A DNA stretch of 64,000 nucleotides, taken from Mobula hypostoma (lineage: Eukaryota). Below, piece after piece: positions 62,382 through 64,000 of the stretch. Numbering within the stretch: position 1 is the first letter of the stretch; every line of letters starts with the position of its first letter. The position numbers were made by a program, and so were the translations under genes. The notes below the pieces were generated by a model that made no database searches, was not told where the DNA came from, and worked only from the letters and a program-made list of their open reading frames with translations. The stretch spans positions 115,136,001 through 115,200,000 of the forward strand of contig NC_086097.1 of the NCBI RefSeq assembly GCF_963921235.1, written 5' to 3'.

Positions 62382-62861
62382 CTAAAAGAATTAAGGGAAA
62401 CTGTGCAGGTTCCATGATGGGTGTTTGGCGACCTAGTCCATCAGATCAATAGTTATACAGTAAAGTAGGCATTGTTCACTGTGTTCTCTAACCAATGTAT
62501 TTAAATGTTTCCTTAAAAGTATGAATAATGCAATCTTTTTCTTTGGTGACTACTCTTCTATTATAGTGTAACCTAGTGCCTTTTGATCACCCTAGTCTCT
62601 ATAAGCTATGGATGTGGTTACAATACCATTAACGCAGAACCTCATTTAGACTTAACACAGATGACCCTTAATGCTTGCTATAGTAGATATTTATTCACAT
62701 AAGATTCCAAAATTGTGTCCAATTATGAATAAGTTTTTGACATGAGTTCATTGTTACTAAGGATTGGATTGATATTAACTAATGCCATCTTGGCTTACAG
62801 GGAGGAGATTTCCCCCTACATTGGTAAGGAAGGTCTTTGGGAAGCAGATCTGCATTCTTTA

Positions 62862-63813
62862 GGGCTCCACAGGGGACTGTCTTGTCTCCCTTTCTCTTCA
62901 CCATTCACACCTCGGACTTCAACTACTGCACAGAGTCTTGTCATCTTCAGAAGTTTTCTGATGATTCTGCCATAGTTGGATGCATCAGCAAGGGAGACGA
63001 GGCTGAGTACAGGGCTACGGTAGGAAACTTTGTCACATGGTTTGAGCAGAATTATCTGCAACTTAATGTGAAAAAGACTAAGGAGTTGGTGGTAGACCTG
63101 AGGAGAGCTAAGGTACGGTTGACACCTATTTACCATCCAGGGGGTCAATGTGGACACGGTGGAGGATTACAAATACCTGGGGATATGAATTGACAATAAA
63201 CTGGACTGGTCAAAGAACACTGAGGCTGTCTACAAGAAGGGTCAGAGCTGTCTCTATTTCCTGAGGAGACTGAGGTCCTTTAACATCTGCCGGACGATGC
63301 TGAGGATGTTCTACGAGTCTGTGGTGGCCAGTGCTATCATGTTTGCTGTTGTGTGCTGGGGCAGCAGGCTGAGGGTGGCAGACACCAACAGAATCAACAA
63401 ACTCATTCATAAGGCCAGTGATGTTGTGGGGATGGAACTGGACTCTCTGACGGTGGTGTCTGAAAAGAGGATGCTGTCCAAGTTGCATGCCATCTTGGAC
63501 AATGTCTCCCATCCACTACATAGTGTACTGGATGGGCACAGGAGTACATTCAGCCAGAGACTCATTCCACCAAGGTGCAACACAGAGCGTGATAGGAAGT
63601 CATTCCTGCCTGTGGCCATCAAACTTTACAACTCCTCCCTTGGAGGGTCAGACATCCTGAGCCAATAGGCTGGTCCTGGACTTATTTCCTGGCATAATTT
63701 ACATATTACTATTTAACTATTTATGGTTTTATTACTATTTATTATTTATGGTGCAAATCTAACGAAAACCAATTTCTTCCGGGATCAATGAAGTATGACT
63801 ATGTCTATGACTA
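62862..63813 (+). mobile_element. 5'-truncated copy of the young Rex1-type LINE
   Basis: Very similar to 26357-27320 (APQGTVLSPFLF, QKFSDD); CTATGA tail; possible TSD TTTAG. Confidence 0.92.
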
Positions 63814-63819
63814 TTTAGC

Positions 63820-64000
63820 ACAAACACGAGAAGATCTGCAGATGCTAGAAATTCAAAGCAACACACACAGAATGCTGGAGGAACTCAGCAGGCCAGGCAG
63901 CATCTATGGAAAAGAGTAAACAGTCAATGTTTCAGGCAGGACTGGGGAAGGGTCTTGATGAAGGTATTGGCCCGAAACGTCGACTGTTTACCCTTTTCTA
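63820..64000. mobile_element. Inverted pair of PLE-derived termini with hammerhead motif
   Basis: Minus terminus at 63820-63945, then plus GGTC-TTGATGA-AGGTATTGGCCC-GAAAC-GTC-GACT at 63951-63985 (C3 changed to U). Runs off the window. Confidence 0.8.

Overview
Repeat-dense vertebrate genomic DNA. The repeat set (CR1/HER1-type, Rex1-type, RTE and Hero LINEs, HE1-like V-SINEs, Penelope-derived repeats, Tigger/Tc1/mariner/hAT elements) points to a cartilaginous fish, probably a ray; this is inference. No intact host gene is recognisable. The only host-exon candidate is a 201-bp minus-strand segment (62181-62381) with a U12-type donor. The main result is a heavily decayed endogenous foamy virus (spumaretrovirus) on the minus strand at about 42.1-49.2 kb. 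It reads as candidate 5' LTR, tRNA-Lys-like PBS, gag with a recognisable foamy capsid domain, no detectable pol, then env fragments in foamy order, split by at least six later insertions. The ORF track shows only short scraps of it. Other notable structures are ~15 Penelope-derived repeats, many with minimal hammerhead ribozyme motifs and in inverted pairs; a 9-kb nested insertion stack inside a ~0.6-kb Tc1-type element; and two fold-back DNA-transposon derivatives. All protein comparisons were made by eye against recalled family motifs, with no searches run. Boundaries without a quoted TSD or TIR are approximate.
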